DNA from: Malacoraja senta
Taxonomy: Eukaryota
Direction: 5' to 3'
DNA: 64,000 bases
NCBI GenBank assembly: GCA_038087875.1
Contig: JAXLNO010000675.1
Span: 1 to 64,000, forward strand
In this document: one piece after another, positions 34,780-47,203 of the stretch
Layout: each line of letters starts with the position of its first letter
How positions within the stretch are numbered: position 1 is the stretch's first letter
Translations under genes and position numbers: made by a program
Notes under the pieces: model-generated
What the model was told of the DNA's origin: nothing
Seen by the model: the letters and a program-made list of their open reading frames with translations, nothing else
Databases searched by the model: none

Positions 34780-37038
34780 TTAATTGCACATCATTCGAGT
34801 AAACGGATAGATAAACACAGTCAAATACTGCTCTCTAAACTTCGTCTGTGTTACTGCATAGATGCACGTGTTTGTGCAACAACTAAGCAGCTGCAGCATA
34901 AATCCTATTTCCGATACAAAGGGAGGAAGGAAAAAATCTGAATATCTCAAATTACTTATTCGTTTCCATATTAAATAGAATGTAAATACCGCCCATAACA
35001 AAATGAAATTCCCGGAAATAATGAACAACAATATCACCGATTTCGTACGATTCTCCATTTCGGGATCACCGGAGCTCTTCGCACTTTTCTCATCTCGGAG
35101 TCTCCTGCGGGCTCTGCTGACCATCAAAATATGTCTGACGGTTAAAGTATTGAGCAGCAGAATCAATACAAACGGGACACAGGGGGTGAGAATATAATGA
35201 AGAAACTCAATCGTTGACCAGGTAATTGAAAACATAACGCGGACATCCATGTAACAAAACCAGGGAGTATTCGCCAATGTGTACCAAGATGTGTACATAA
35301 AATACCAGTAAACATTCTTTACACTGCTCAGTGCACTCACTGTGCCCAGAACCACAGCCGCTGTTTTCTCGGTGCAATATCTGACCTTCAGCTTTTGGCA
35401 ACAGATGGCAACAAACCGGTCAAATGTGAAGGAGACGGTGAACCACACAGAGCAGTCGGTCACCGCGTAAAGCAGGACGGCGTGGATATTACACAGGGGG
35501 ATGAACTTCACAACATGCATTTGATGAGCAATCGGAATCTGTCTCAATATCAGGTCAAAGATAATGACCAGTAGATCCGCCGCTGCCATGGCCACCAGGT
35601 AGCGGGTCACACAGCTGGAGAGACCACACTTTCCTCGACACAGGATCACAATTGTCACCAGGTTCACTATGATGCAAAAATAATGAACATATTACCAGCG
35701 CACTATGTGGTTCACATGAGTCAAGCCTTGTGAACAAACACACACTACTTCGATACCGTTCAGCAGCAATTCCACCATTGCATCTGTGTGATTCTGAAAA
35801 CAAAGTTCAGTGTTATTGGTCTCAACGAATAAGGGTTAATAATACGATATGGGTAATACACTGCTCAATGTAGACATCCGTAGCAACGACATGGTCCTTT
35901 TATGTTTAAGAAAGAACTGCAGATGCAAGAAAAATAGAAGGTAGACAGAAATGCTGGAGAAACTCAGCGGGTGAGGCAGCATCTATGGAGAGAAGGAACA
36001 GGCGACGTTTCGGGTCGAGACCCTTCTTCAGACCTTTTATGTTGTGTGAAAGCACGTCGATAATCACAGACGCGTGTTCTGTATCAGGCAGGAACCCGAG
36101 ATTTTATTGGCGTGACTCAGATTGGCGCTGACCCGGAGGTTGATGAGTATCGATTAACTTCCAGTTTACAATTCACCCAGATGATGCCTGTCTTTGACTT
36201 GGTAACTGACGGGAAGGTGTGATCACTTGTATCTTTAATCTTGGAGTCGAATTGCAATTGAGGAAAGAGTGGTGTGATATCAAATGGTCGCACACATGTG
36301 AAGTTACACATATATCATAAAGAGAGGGAACAAAGCCCGAAGTGCACCCGCATTACCACGGTGCGGTGGAACTGTCTCTTCAATGAAAGTTTTGGAAATC
36401 AGTCAATTTAACTAAACGGCAAAATGAAATTGTATCTGGAACGCAGATTTTAATTCCACGCTAACCACTGAGATGTTCAGTTGACGCAAAGAGGAGACGT
36501 GGATAATTTCGACAGATACATGATTGGTTAATCATTCGGATGGGGTCTGCAGTTCTATACCCGCTCCGCAATTCTCCTGCACTTGCTGTGATAATGTAAG
36601 TCAGGAAATCACCCAGTGAAAGGGCACTAATATGAAACACTGGCCAGGCCAGTTGCCGCCGCACTTACTTAACTCCTTTAACATTTTGCATTTCTTCTAT
36701 CCACTGTGACTTTGTGTGTTCCATCAATTTAGCTGGAACTAGACAATGTGACTCAAGGGACCCACTACTACGTCACTGTACACGAGATCGAACAGTGCAA
36801 ACACCGGGAAGTTGCCGATCTCTCTTCGTTTCATCCCGTAAAATGCACTGGTCATCGTGGCCGTAACGATAAGAACTACTCGCGCCTTAATAATCCGTCA
36901 GCAGAGCAGCCAGTTTCTCAAATATTCAAGCACAAACAACAAATCTTCTTACTTACCGGGCACACCGAGAATAGCCAGGATAGGGTAGTATATCTTTTGG
37001 ATCGCATATACGAATCTAACAATCCTTATTACATCCAT
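34780..37038 (-). CDS. Orphan class A GPCR, GPR139/GPR142-like family, copy 1; two coding exons (37038-36957 and 35666-34780), predicted 322 aa
   Basis: Exon 1 MDVIRIVRFVYAIQKIYYPILAILGVP ends at a G|GTAAGT donor; acceptor TTTTTGCATCATAG precedes exon 2 (phase 1). Seven hydrophobic segments with GVPVN, MAAADL, FTFDRFVAIC, PFVLILLLN and NTCIY. The start codon is inferred. Confidence 0.88.
35907..36032 (-). mobile_element. 126-bp PLE pseudo-LTR-derived mini-element with 11-bp TSD, in the GPCR intron
   Basis: CCTTTTATGTT at 35896-35906 and 36033-36043; the body is homologous to 4885-5014. Confidence 0.88.
36001..36034 (-). ncRNA. Minimal type I hammerhead ribozyme motif (GUC triplet)
   Basis: GGT-CTGAAGA-A-GGGT(CTCG)ACCC-GAAACGTC-GCC on the - strand. 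Confidence 0.8.
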
Positions 37039-37764
37039 CTCCTTGTCACCGTTTATCCTCCAATGGCATTTAGGTTAATTCCTTATTTGATTGTGGAATG
37101 GCTCATTGGAAAGGTTCCCTTATTTGAAGGAAAGGGATTATCCCTGCGGGACCGTTGGGTGTCATTAGTTCCATGTTGATCACAGTCCCTGAGCAAGCCT
37201 GAACACAGTGTTGCAAAATATTGTGAAGTAAGTACCACGTGGTTATTCAGGTGAAGCTCCACAGCGCTTTATAATTGTTCGGGCACATCGGAGAAAACAA
37301 ATATTCACCGCATATGTGTTCTCCCTCATCGTGAATCTGCAAATCGCTCACCCTCCACGCCCAGCCGATTGAACTTTCCCTGTCAAAGTTAAATCTAAAC
37401 CTCAATATCTACATGGAAAGTTGCGATACGAACCCTCATTTTTGTTATATCTTTGCTATCGCCACCTATTTTTTTACATAGAAAACTACCGACATTAATG
37501 ATAAGCGGCGCATTCAAGAGTGCGTTCGTGGTGATTTTTCAGACCATAGACGCCCACGATTCCATCATCAGCGGTTCTTTAAATGCCCAGTCACTGATTT
37601 GCCTTTACTCAACATTGATACTCGTTTACGGAGATTCATATACATGGTTGGACTATATTGTTATATTTAAACGTGATCTCCATCGATATTTTGAAATAAT
37701 GTTTAACACTGACGTACTCACGAGATAATTCCATTAAGTCCCAGCCAGTAGTGACTAACATTCA

Positions 37765-38955
37765 TAGTCACAGTGATAAAGCGTAGAAACAGGCCCTTCG
37801 GCCTAACTTGCCCACAACGGCCAACATGTCCCCGCTACACGTCCTACCTGCGCGAAATCTCTCCTGTCCACGAACCTTTCTAAGTGTTTGTTAAACGTCG
37901 GGATAGTCCATGCCTCAACTACCTCCTATGGTAGGTTATCCAATACAGTTACCTTCTGTGTGATAAGGTACCCCTTAGATTTATATTAAATCGTTTCCCC
38001 TTCACTCACCCACTCTGGGGACTATACTGTGTGCAACTATACTATCTAGTCCTCATGATTTTATACATCTCAATAAGAACCCCCCTCATCCTCCTGCGCT
38101 CCAATGAAGAGTCTCGTCCTACTCAACCTCTCCCTATAGCTCACACCCTCTAGTCCTGGCAACATCCTTGTCAATCTTATCTATACTCTTTCCAGCCTGC
38201 CACATCTTTCCCATAACATGATGCCCAGAACTTAACAAATACTCTAAATGCTGCCCCACCTACGACATATACAACTGCAACATGACCTCCCAACTTCTAT
38301 AATTAATTATCTGACTGATGAAGGCCAATGTGCCAAAAACCTTTTCGACCACCTTATCTCCCTGCGACTGCACCTAGAGGAACGTTCAGGAACCACGTAC
38401 CTGCACTCCTAGATCCCTTCGACTCTTCAACCCTCCCCAGAGATCTACCATTCACTTCCCACAATGCAACACTTCAAATTTCTCTGTATTAAATACCATC
38501 AACCTTTCCTCAGCCCACCTAGCCAATCGATCAAGACAATCGAAATTTGCTGGCTTTACCTTGCACGAAAAGTTATTCCCTTATCATGTATCTATACACT
38601 GTAAATGGATCGATAATGATGTATTGTCCTTCTGCTGACTGGTTAGCACGCAACAACAGTTTTTCACTGTACTTCGGTACAGGTGACAATAAACTAAAAT
38701 GAACTAATCTGAAGATCCTGCTGCAACATTTCACAACCATTTTCACTATCTGCAAAACTTCCCACTTTTGTACCATCAGCAAACTTGCTAATCTTGCCAT
38801 GTATGTTATCATCCAAATCATCGATATAGATGACAAACGGTAACGGGCCCGGCACCGAACCATGAGGCACACCACTAGTCACAGGCCTGCAGTCCAAGAA
38901 GCAACCTTCCACCATTACCCTCTGCTTCATTCCATGAAGCCAATTTTCTATCCAT
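37765..38955 (-). mobile_element. Old CR1 3' fragment with a short + strand insert (~38537-38711)
   Basis: SGVPHGSV..KFADGTK (38694-38930); the insert ends in GTGACAATAAA plus short repeats and is flanked by AAGA. Confidence 0.75.
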
Positions 38956-39410
38956 AAAATGTGACATATTTAATTTTGCCTTGAATCGATGACGCCATGG
39001 GGATAAGTTGTCATTCTAGATCGTCATCAGGGAAATACCAATGGAATTTGTTTGGTTTCAAATGGAAAGAGTCCTAATGCAATTGAAACGTCGTCCCCGT
39101 GCATGGAAACATAACTGATTACAGTCATAATGTCTGACTGTAATGATTACCGCCTGAATGTCTCTTCCGTTTATGAATAATTCAGTAGATGACAATGAAA
39201 ACACGCGCCACATACCGGAGACACCAGTTTGTGTTCTCGCGTGTTTGTCTTAAACAGAATTGGTTTAAACTAATTTCATGCCTTATTCGGCTTGGATAGT
39301 GAATAATCGTTGCAGGCGCAAACAGCCGGAAAGCAGATCCGTTTGACTTATTCATTTTATTCTCCTGCATTACCACCAACTGTCTTGGATTCTAGAATAT
39401 TTCTCTCTTC

Positions 39411-42160
39411 CAAGATGGCGCCTGGCCGCGGCGCCTTTTGCAAACCACCAGAACAGAAAAGGATTACCTACAACTCCCATCAACTCAACTGGATCAGGAA
39501 AACAGCAGAAATCGGCGCCGTCTCAGACAACCTGCTTGGGCACCTGAAGGCTCTTGCGATTTCGCGATCTCCCGCAGCTGCGTGAGCCCCGGACTCTAAA
39601 CTTTCCCACGCTCGCTGGAAAACACCCGACCCGACAGAGGAACGCAGGTACTGTACCTGGAAACTCCGGGGTGACCTCCAGAACCGACGAGCAGGATCTT
39701 CCAGGAACAACGGAGCTGGAGCTGCCGACTTTGAGGGAACTCCCGTTTGTAACGGAGCTGGAACTGCCGTCTGTGAGGGAATCCCCGTACCAGCGCAGGT
39801 TCGCAGAAACAGGAGGTACAGTAAACATCAGACGTCTTACCCAGAGGCATTTACCACCATAGCCGGGGATTTCAATAAAGCAAACCTCAAGAAATCGCCC
39901 CCAAACTTCCATCAACATGTCTCCAGCTGCACCAGAGGACCCTCGATCACTGCTACACCACCATCAAGGATGCCTATCGCTCTATCCCTCGCCCGCACTT
40001 CGGTAAATCTGACCATACCGCGGTGCTGCTTCTTTCTGCCTACAGGCAGCAATTGAAGAGCGCACCCCCAGAGGTGAGGACTGTACAGAGCTGGTGGGGT
40101 GGGGGTGGGTAGGTGGTGTGGGTGGAGGGCAGAGGAACAACTCCAGGACTGTTTGGAGTCTGTAGACTGGGCAATGTTCAGGGAATCGGCAGCGGACCTG
40201 AACGAACACGCCACAGTCGTTACAGACTTCATAAAGAAAAGTGTTGATGACTGCATCCCTACAAAAACCTTCCAAGTGTTTCCCAATCAGAGGCCTGGGA
40301 TGAACTTGGAGATCCGCACTCTTCTGAAGAGCAGACACCGGGCATTCATGTCTGTTGATAAAGTGGTCTACAAGAAGTCCAGATACGACCTTGGTAAGGC
40401 CATCAAAATGGCCAAAAGGGACCTGCTGCAAACTGGAGGATGAGACAGAAGTTCGGCAGCTGTGGCGGGGCGTGAATGCAATCACCTCCTACAAGGCGAA
40501 ATCAGGAGGTAGCTCGAATGTCGGCGAAACCTCAGTCCCTGATGAGCTCAATGCGTGTTACACATGCTTTGATAGGGAGAACACTGATGTGCATTCTCGA
40601 GCCCCCATTCGCTGTGATGGTATTTCAGTCACAGTCACAGAGGCCGACGTCAGAAGATCCTTCAGAGCGGTGAACCCTCGGAAAGCGCCTGGACCTGATT
40701 GTTTAACCGGTCGTGTTCTAAAAACCTGTGCGGACCAACTGGCTGGAGTTTTTACGGACATGTTCAACCACTCACTTCTGAGGTCTGAGGTTCCCACCTG
40801 CTTTAAAAGGGGATCAATTATACCGGTACCCAAGAAGACCAAGGTGTCGTGCCTCAATGAATTTCGACCAGTGGCACTAACGTCGGTGAGGAAGTGCTTT
40901 GAGAGGTTGATCATGGCGCAAATCAGCTTCTACCTCGACAAAAACCTGGAACCACTGCAGTTCTCCTACCGCCACAACAGGTCAACGGTGGATGCGATTT
41001 TGCTGGCTCTCCACTCCGCTCTGGACCACTTGGAAAACAAAAACTCATATGTCAGGCATATGTTATTCATTGATTACAGCGCGGCATTCAATACAATCAT
41101 CTCCTCCAAGCTGGTGACCAAACTTGCAGAACTGGGTCTCTGCGCATCCCTCTGCAATTGGACCCTTGACTTCCTCATTCACAGACCACAGACCACAGGC
41201 CCCTGCTGTACTCATTCTATACTCATGACTGCGTAGCCTGTCATCGCGCGAAATCCGTCATCAAGTTCGCTGACGACACCACTGTTGTGGGACGTATCAC
41301 TGATGGAGATGAATCAGAGTATAGAAGTGAGATCGACCGTTTGTCCAAATGGTGCCAGCACAATAACCTGGCCCTCAACACCAGCGAAACCAAGGAACTG
41401 TTTGTGGATTTTGGAAGGGGTAGGATGGGGACCCACAGTCCGGTTTATATCAACGGGTCGATGGTGGAAAGGGTCAAGAGCTTCAAATTCCTGGGCGTGC
41501 ATATCTCTGAAGATATTTCCTGGTCCGAGAACACTGATGCAATTATAAAAAAAGCACATCAGCGCCTCTACTTCCTGAGAAGATTACGGAGAGTCGGTAT
41601 GTCACGGAGGACTCTCTCTAAATTTTACATGTGCACAGTAGAGAGCATGCTGACCGGTTGCATCGTGGCTTGGTTCGGCCACCTGAGCGCCCTGGAGCGG
41701 AAAAGAGTACAACAAGTAGTAAACACTGCCCAGTCCATCATCGGCTCTGACCTACCTTCCATCGAGGGGATCTATCGCAGTCGCTGCCTCAACAAGGCTG
41801 GCAGCATCCTCAAGGACCCACACCATCCTGGCCACAAACCCATCTCCCCGCTACCTTCAGGCAGAACGTACAGGAGCCTGAAGACTGCAACGACCAGGTT
41901 CAGGAATAGCTGCTTCCCCACGGCCATCAGGCTATTAAACTCGGCTCGGACAAAACTATGAACATTAATAGATTATCTGTTTATTTACACTTTATCCGTT
42001 TATTTATTCATGTGTGTATATATTTATATAATGGCATATGGACACACTGATCTGTTCTGTATTCACGCCTACTATGTTCTGGTGTGCTGAAGCAAAGCAA
42101 GAATTTCATTGTCCTATTAGGGACACATGACAATAAACTCTCTTGAATATGAACTTGATA
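39411..42160 (+). mobile_element. Rex1/Babar-clade LINE, internally deleted and frameshifted
   Basis: GDFNKANL, FGKSDH, KAPGPD..GRVLKTCADQLAGVF, RPVALTS, LFIDYSAAFNTI, KFADD, QRLYFLRRL, T.RFRNS.FP.AIRLLN; 3' ATGACAATAAA tail. Confidence 0.88.
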
Positions 42161-42974
42161 TTTCTGCCAGTGATAAGCAATGTCTTAGCAATGTTTATCA
42201 ACCATTTATTCCATTGCATATTTTCAACTGCGCGCTTCACTCAAATCTAAATCATAAAGTCACATAATGTGTTCACAGCCCCGACTCCTACATGTCCCGC
42301 CATTGAACAAGGACCTACAGGCAACATTCGTTTCAACGTGCCCAGCATTCCCATTAGCTCATCCAGGTGCTACCACTCATCGACGTATCTTAAACGGTCA
42401 AATCAGCCGAACAATACGCACGTCTTTCGAATGTCGGAGGATCTCTGGTGTACCCATGACGTCTCAGGGAGAGCATTCAAACTCAACACTATCAGCACTA
42501 CGTGTCCGGATTTAAACAGGGGCTCCGTAGTTATTTGCCAGCAGCTCTACAAGTTCCACCAATATGAAATTTATTTTCCAATTACTGAGTTTATTCATTT
42601 CAAGTGAATAGTTGGGCTTCATGTGATTGGCACGTATCCTGAGGTGTTCCATTTAAACGAGAGTTGAACAAGGCGATTTATCAAGTCCCCTGTATGTACG
42701 CGTTCGTTTATGAAGATGGAAGCAAAAGGTTGTTGAGGGAACAGCTGAGGACGGCGGATATATGGATTTCTGGAAGATATTTGCCAAGGTAGGTGTCGTC
42801 GGCTGCTGGGAAAGTCTACATCGCATGGGATCCAAGGACAACTTGCCTAATGGATAGAAAATTGGTTTCATGGAACGAACGAGGATGGTGTATTGTCTCC
42901 GTGGTTCCCGGGTCCAAGACGCCTCAACCGACTTCAGATCATAGAGTCATAGAGCGATACAGTGTGGAAATAGA

Positions 42975-43835
42975 CTCTTATTGGTCCCTCTCGGGTTCAA
43001 GTGCAACACGTCCTTTTTGTACACCTTCCACAAAAGAGGTCTCTAAGATCCAGAAACTTGAATCTCTGCCCTCGGCACCAGTCCCTCAGCCACGCATTTA
43101 TCCTCCACCTCACTCCATTCTTACTCTCACTGTCTCGTGGCACAGGCAGTAATGCTGAGATTGTTACTTTTGCGGTCCTTAACTCTCCTCCTAACTCCCT
43201 AAATTCTCCTTTCAGGACCTCTTCTCTTTTTCTAACTATGTCATTGGTACCTATATGTACCACGATCTCAGGCTCCTCTCCCTCCCATTTCATGATATCT
43301 TGGACACGTTCAGACACATCCCAGACCCTGGCACCAGGGAGGCAAACTACCATCCGGGTCTCCTGACTGCATCCACAGAATCGTCTATCTGACCCCCTAA
43401 CTATAGAGTCCCCTATTACTATTGCCCTCCTCTTCTTTTCCCTACCCTTCTGAGCAACAGGGCCGGTCTCTTTGCCGGAGGCTCGGCCGCTGTCGCAAAC
43501 CCCAGGTAGGCTTTCCCCCCAACAGTACTCATACTGGAGTACTCTCTAGTCCCTGCCTCTGCCCCTTGCCCCTCCTAACCGTGACCCACTTGTCTGCCTC
43601 CCGTGGTCTTGGAGTGACCACCTCTCTGTAACTCCTCTCTATGACCTCCTCACTCTCCCTGACCAGACAGAGGTCATCGAGCTCCTGCTCCAGGTTCCTA
43701 ATACGGTCCCTTAGGAGCCCCATCTCGACGCACCTGGCGCAGTTGTGGACGTCTGGAAGTCTATCAGACTCCATGACTTCCCACATCTGACATCCAGAAC
43801 AGTAAACTGCCCTGGGCTTCATACTCCCCCCTTAC
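42975..43835 (-). mobile_element. CR1 ORF1 fragment (zinc finger, coiled coil, SGNH esterase-like domain)
   Basis: CSGCQMWE..CARC, LEQELDDL, CLPGARV.DV, VVHIGTNDI. Confidence 0.85.
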
Positions 43836-43859
43836 CCTGGAATCAATACAAAGTGCTAG

Positions 43860-44456
43860 AAGAAATCAGCAGGGATCTGACTCCCAATCAGCTGCTTCCT
43901 CTAGTCCGCTTCCACCAATAAGCGGCTTCCTCAAGCCCACTTATTTTAAAATGTGATGATGGAACGTTACAGAGTGGGTTCCTCCCGCTCCAACGGCTCC
44001 TGGGCCTCTGTAAAAACAAAGCCCCGCGATCCGTATTTAAACTCACCGCCCGGACGCTGCTCCTCCCACTGAACCGCTCCTGGGCCTCTGTGAAACAAAG
44101 CCCCGCGCTTCGTTTTTAAACTCACCGCCCGGACGCTCTAACGGCTCCTGGGCCTTGCACCCTTCGTGAAGTTGAATTTCAATGAATAGCCGTGAGTCAA
44201 CTGCCAGCCCACCAGCCGTGAGTGAGTGAGCTGCCTGCACACTAGGCTTGAGTGACTGAGCCGCCAGCCCAAGATTCCATTCGGCCCACAATGTCCATAC
44301 TGGCCCTCTGATAACCAGTCCCTTCTGCCCACAACACCCGTACTAGCGCTCCAGAAAGCCCCCCCCCCACTGGCCACCAATATTGGAATTGGTGGAGAGG
44401 TGGAATACCAGCCCTCCCGTGTGAAGCTGGGACCCAACGGTTCCCACTTAGTCTAG
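43860..44456 (+). mobile_element. Putative non-autonomous Helitron with 3' hairpin and CTAG terminus
   Basis: TGGGACCC-AAC-GGTTCCCA hairpin at 44428-44446, then CTAG at 44453-44456 followed by T; internal ~80-bp direct repeats at 43985-44150. The left boundary is approximate. Confidence 0.65.
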
Positions 44457-45378
44457 TTGAAACCTAACATTTCCCCAAACAATCCAAAGCATGCTTTTGC
44501 GGCAGTGCATAACTCCTTCTGCAGAATCACATACATATTAACAACTTGCAGGCCATCTGAACAGAAACCTCTCTGCAATCCCTTCCCAGGCTTCAGACTT
44601 CCTGGAGCCATCCATGTCTCATGGTCCCATGGTTCTACAGCTCTCTGCAAATGATGTCAACCAGGTTTTACAGACATCTTCCATTTTCCCAAGTACCAAG
44701 TTCCGATATTAACAGTTTCATCTCTTTTCGTAATAACTGCTGCCTTAATAGGTACCGGAATACTTCGGCGGTAGGTATAGAGGACCATTCGTGAAATGTC
44801 CATCCCCTTGAGGTTTAGCGTCATATGAATATGATAGGAATGAGGACAATTTTTACTTTTTCTTTCTTCGGTGTCATCATTAACCTATCACCATTCACTG
44901 TCTTAATATCCGCACTACAGAGAGTCGGGCTCTTGGCAATGGTTGTTAAAGGTGAGTAGGTTGGACACCAATTGAACCAAAGCATGATGTTTATGTCCAC
45001 ATATTACTGTAATATGATCTCCACACCTAGTTTGAGGCATAACAAATTGAATTTCTGTCTCTCCATTTTGATCTAAATGGAGACAAATCCAAACACTACA
45101 AAAATTCAATATTTCAAGTTACATATTCGATTCACACTGCACCATTTAACCTGTCGTTAGTATAGCTTCATCGGTGCATTTCTACCATCATCTACAAATC
45201 TATTCAGTCCACGGTTTTGTTCTTATTTTCATCAGTTCCTCTGATTATCAAATATGGTCTCGTTAGGCCGCTCATTTCACCCTGGTGCATGCATATTGGA
45301 ATCCTGCCAAGAGACAGAAACAGATCAGCCACCGATAGTGTTATGTTTCTCCTTTATGGTTTATCATACTTCAGATGC

Positions 45379-45750
45379 CTAATGTTTCCATTGAGCAGTC
45401 CGCAGCATTTCCACCAAAGCACATGCTTCTCTTGCTAGTTTAAAATTGTGTTGTCCCGCATACCGGGCCGAGAGGACTGCGCGTTCGAGAACGATTGTAA
45501 CCATAACCTGATCTCCATTTTTTGACATTTTGGCTTCAATACATATTTTCTCCTTTACCCAATCTCTGACCATCTGCTGATGCATAATCTCATACTTAAG
45601 TTCGTAGAATTGCTGGGTAAACCTTTCCCCATTCGTCACAAATTGCTACTCCCGTTATCACATCTTCCGGTAGGTTCAGAGGTCATTCTGTCTTCAAGTC
45701 AAAGAGTATTATTCCTGTCCCTGTAGCTGAAGGTGCTCTAAACATAATCA
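45379..45750 (-). pseudogene. ERV-like integrase C-terminal remnant (copy 2)
   Basis: MFRAPSATGTGIILFDLKTE*PLNLP followed by GDQVMV...LSARYAGQ...WKH. Confidence 0.65.
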
Positions 45751-46412
45751 TAATGTCCAATCACAATAAACTTGATGGGCAGGTAGTTGGGATCCTATTT
45801 GGACCAATGCAGGTAAAAGGCAGCCAGTTGGCATTGAGGGCGTTGAGAGTAGGTGAAATGGACAGATAAGGCAGGAGAACAGCAAGAAGCGAGGAAGTGC
45901 TGTTGCTTTGAATTTCACATTTTGATGCAAAAGGCCTGACGGATAAGGCGTGAACGCAGGGAGGGGGGAGGTACGTGCGACTGGGACGGTGTAGCCATTA
46001 CCGAAACCTGGTTAAGAGAAGGGCAGGACTGGAGGCTTAATGTTGCAGGGTACAGGTGTTTTAGGAGAGACAGAAGTGGGTGTAAAAGAGGAGATGATGT
46101 TGCGTTATTCACGAAGGAGGATATCACGGCAATGGTCAGCGTTGACATTAGTGACGGTTAGTCCAGTGAGGCTATGTTGGTTGAACTGAAAAACAAGAAA
46201 GTGTTTCCATTCTTGCCAATGCACTGGGGCCCTGGAAAATAGTCAACGGGAATTAGCAGAGCCAATATGCCGGGAGATTGCAGGCAGTTTGTCGTCTAAA
46301 TGGCTGTCGCAGTTGGAGATATTATGTTTCCCAATATTGACTGGGCATTTAACAGTGGAAAAGGTTTATACAGGGCAGAATCTGTTAAATGTTTGCAGGA
46401 CAGATTCGTCAC

Positions 46413-46416
<4 letters not shown>

Positions 46417-46486
<70 letters not shown>
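46417..46486. repeat. (TA)35 microsatellite; (TA)8 at the paralogous 21074-21089
   Basis: Direct reading. Confidence 0.95.
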
Positions 46487-46487
<1 letters not shown>

Positions 46488-46569
46488 CGAGACGAAAACA
46501 CAATATATAAAACACATATATGAAACACATATACAAAACAATATATATATATACACAATATACAATATA

Positions 46570-47203
46570 CAAATCCTGGAGCTCTGGTATGGGCGTTGTG
46601 GGCTGAAGGGACTGCTCTCCAGAGGGCTAATATGGACATTGTGGGCCAAATGGGTTCTTGGAGTGGCAGCTCAGCCCCTCAAACCTGATGTGCTGGCAGC
46701 TCACTCACGGCTGGTGGGCTGGCAGTTGACTCACGGCTATTCCTTGAAATTCCATTTCAAGCAGGGTGCAAGGCTACCAAATTCAAATCCATTTCCTACC
46801 ATTTCAAGCAGGGTGCAAGGCCACCAAATTCAGGTGCAATTTCCTACCACTTCACGCAGGGTGCAAGGCCACCGAATTCAAGTGCAGTTTCCTACCACTT
46901 CAAGCAGGGTGTCAGGCCACCGAATTCAAGTGCAGTTTCCGACCACTTCAAGCTGGGTGCAAGGCCACCGACTATAAGTGCAGTTTCATACCACTTCAAG
47001 CAGGGTGCAAGCCCACCAAATTCAAGTGCAGTTTCATATCATTTCATGTAGGGGGCAAGGCCACCACTTTCAAATGCAGTTTCATGCCATTTCATGCAGG
47101 GTGCAAGGCCACCGCATTCAAATGCAATTTCATACCCAATTCAAGCAGGGTGAAACCACCATAAAACCACCATAAAACCACACAAAATACCACACTCACA
47201 GTT
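46570..47203 (-). repeat. Paralogous Helitron-like member with ~8.5 copies of the 48-bp minisatellite (~46752-47152)
   Basis: Same unit and flanks as 21176-22093. Confidence 0.8.

Larger units (their letters stand above)
19937..35499. repeat. Tandem segmental duplication, copy 1 (homologous to 44883-64000)
   Basis: Collinear similarity of unique and repeat sequence, e.g. 19937 ACCTATCACCATTCACTG = 44883, 30901 = 53936, 34390 = 57905, GPCR exon 35499 = 64000. Confidence 0.92.

Noticed and set aside
36748..37179. 143-aa + strand ORF
   Set aside because: GTG start, antisense to GPCR exon 1 and intron, no motif support.
46296..46977. ORFs with YIYIYI runs
   Set aside because: Translation of a (TA)n microsatellite joined to CR1 and minisatellite sequence.
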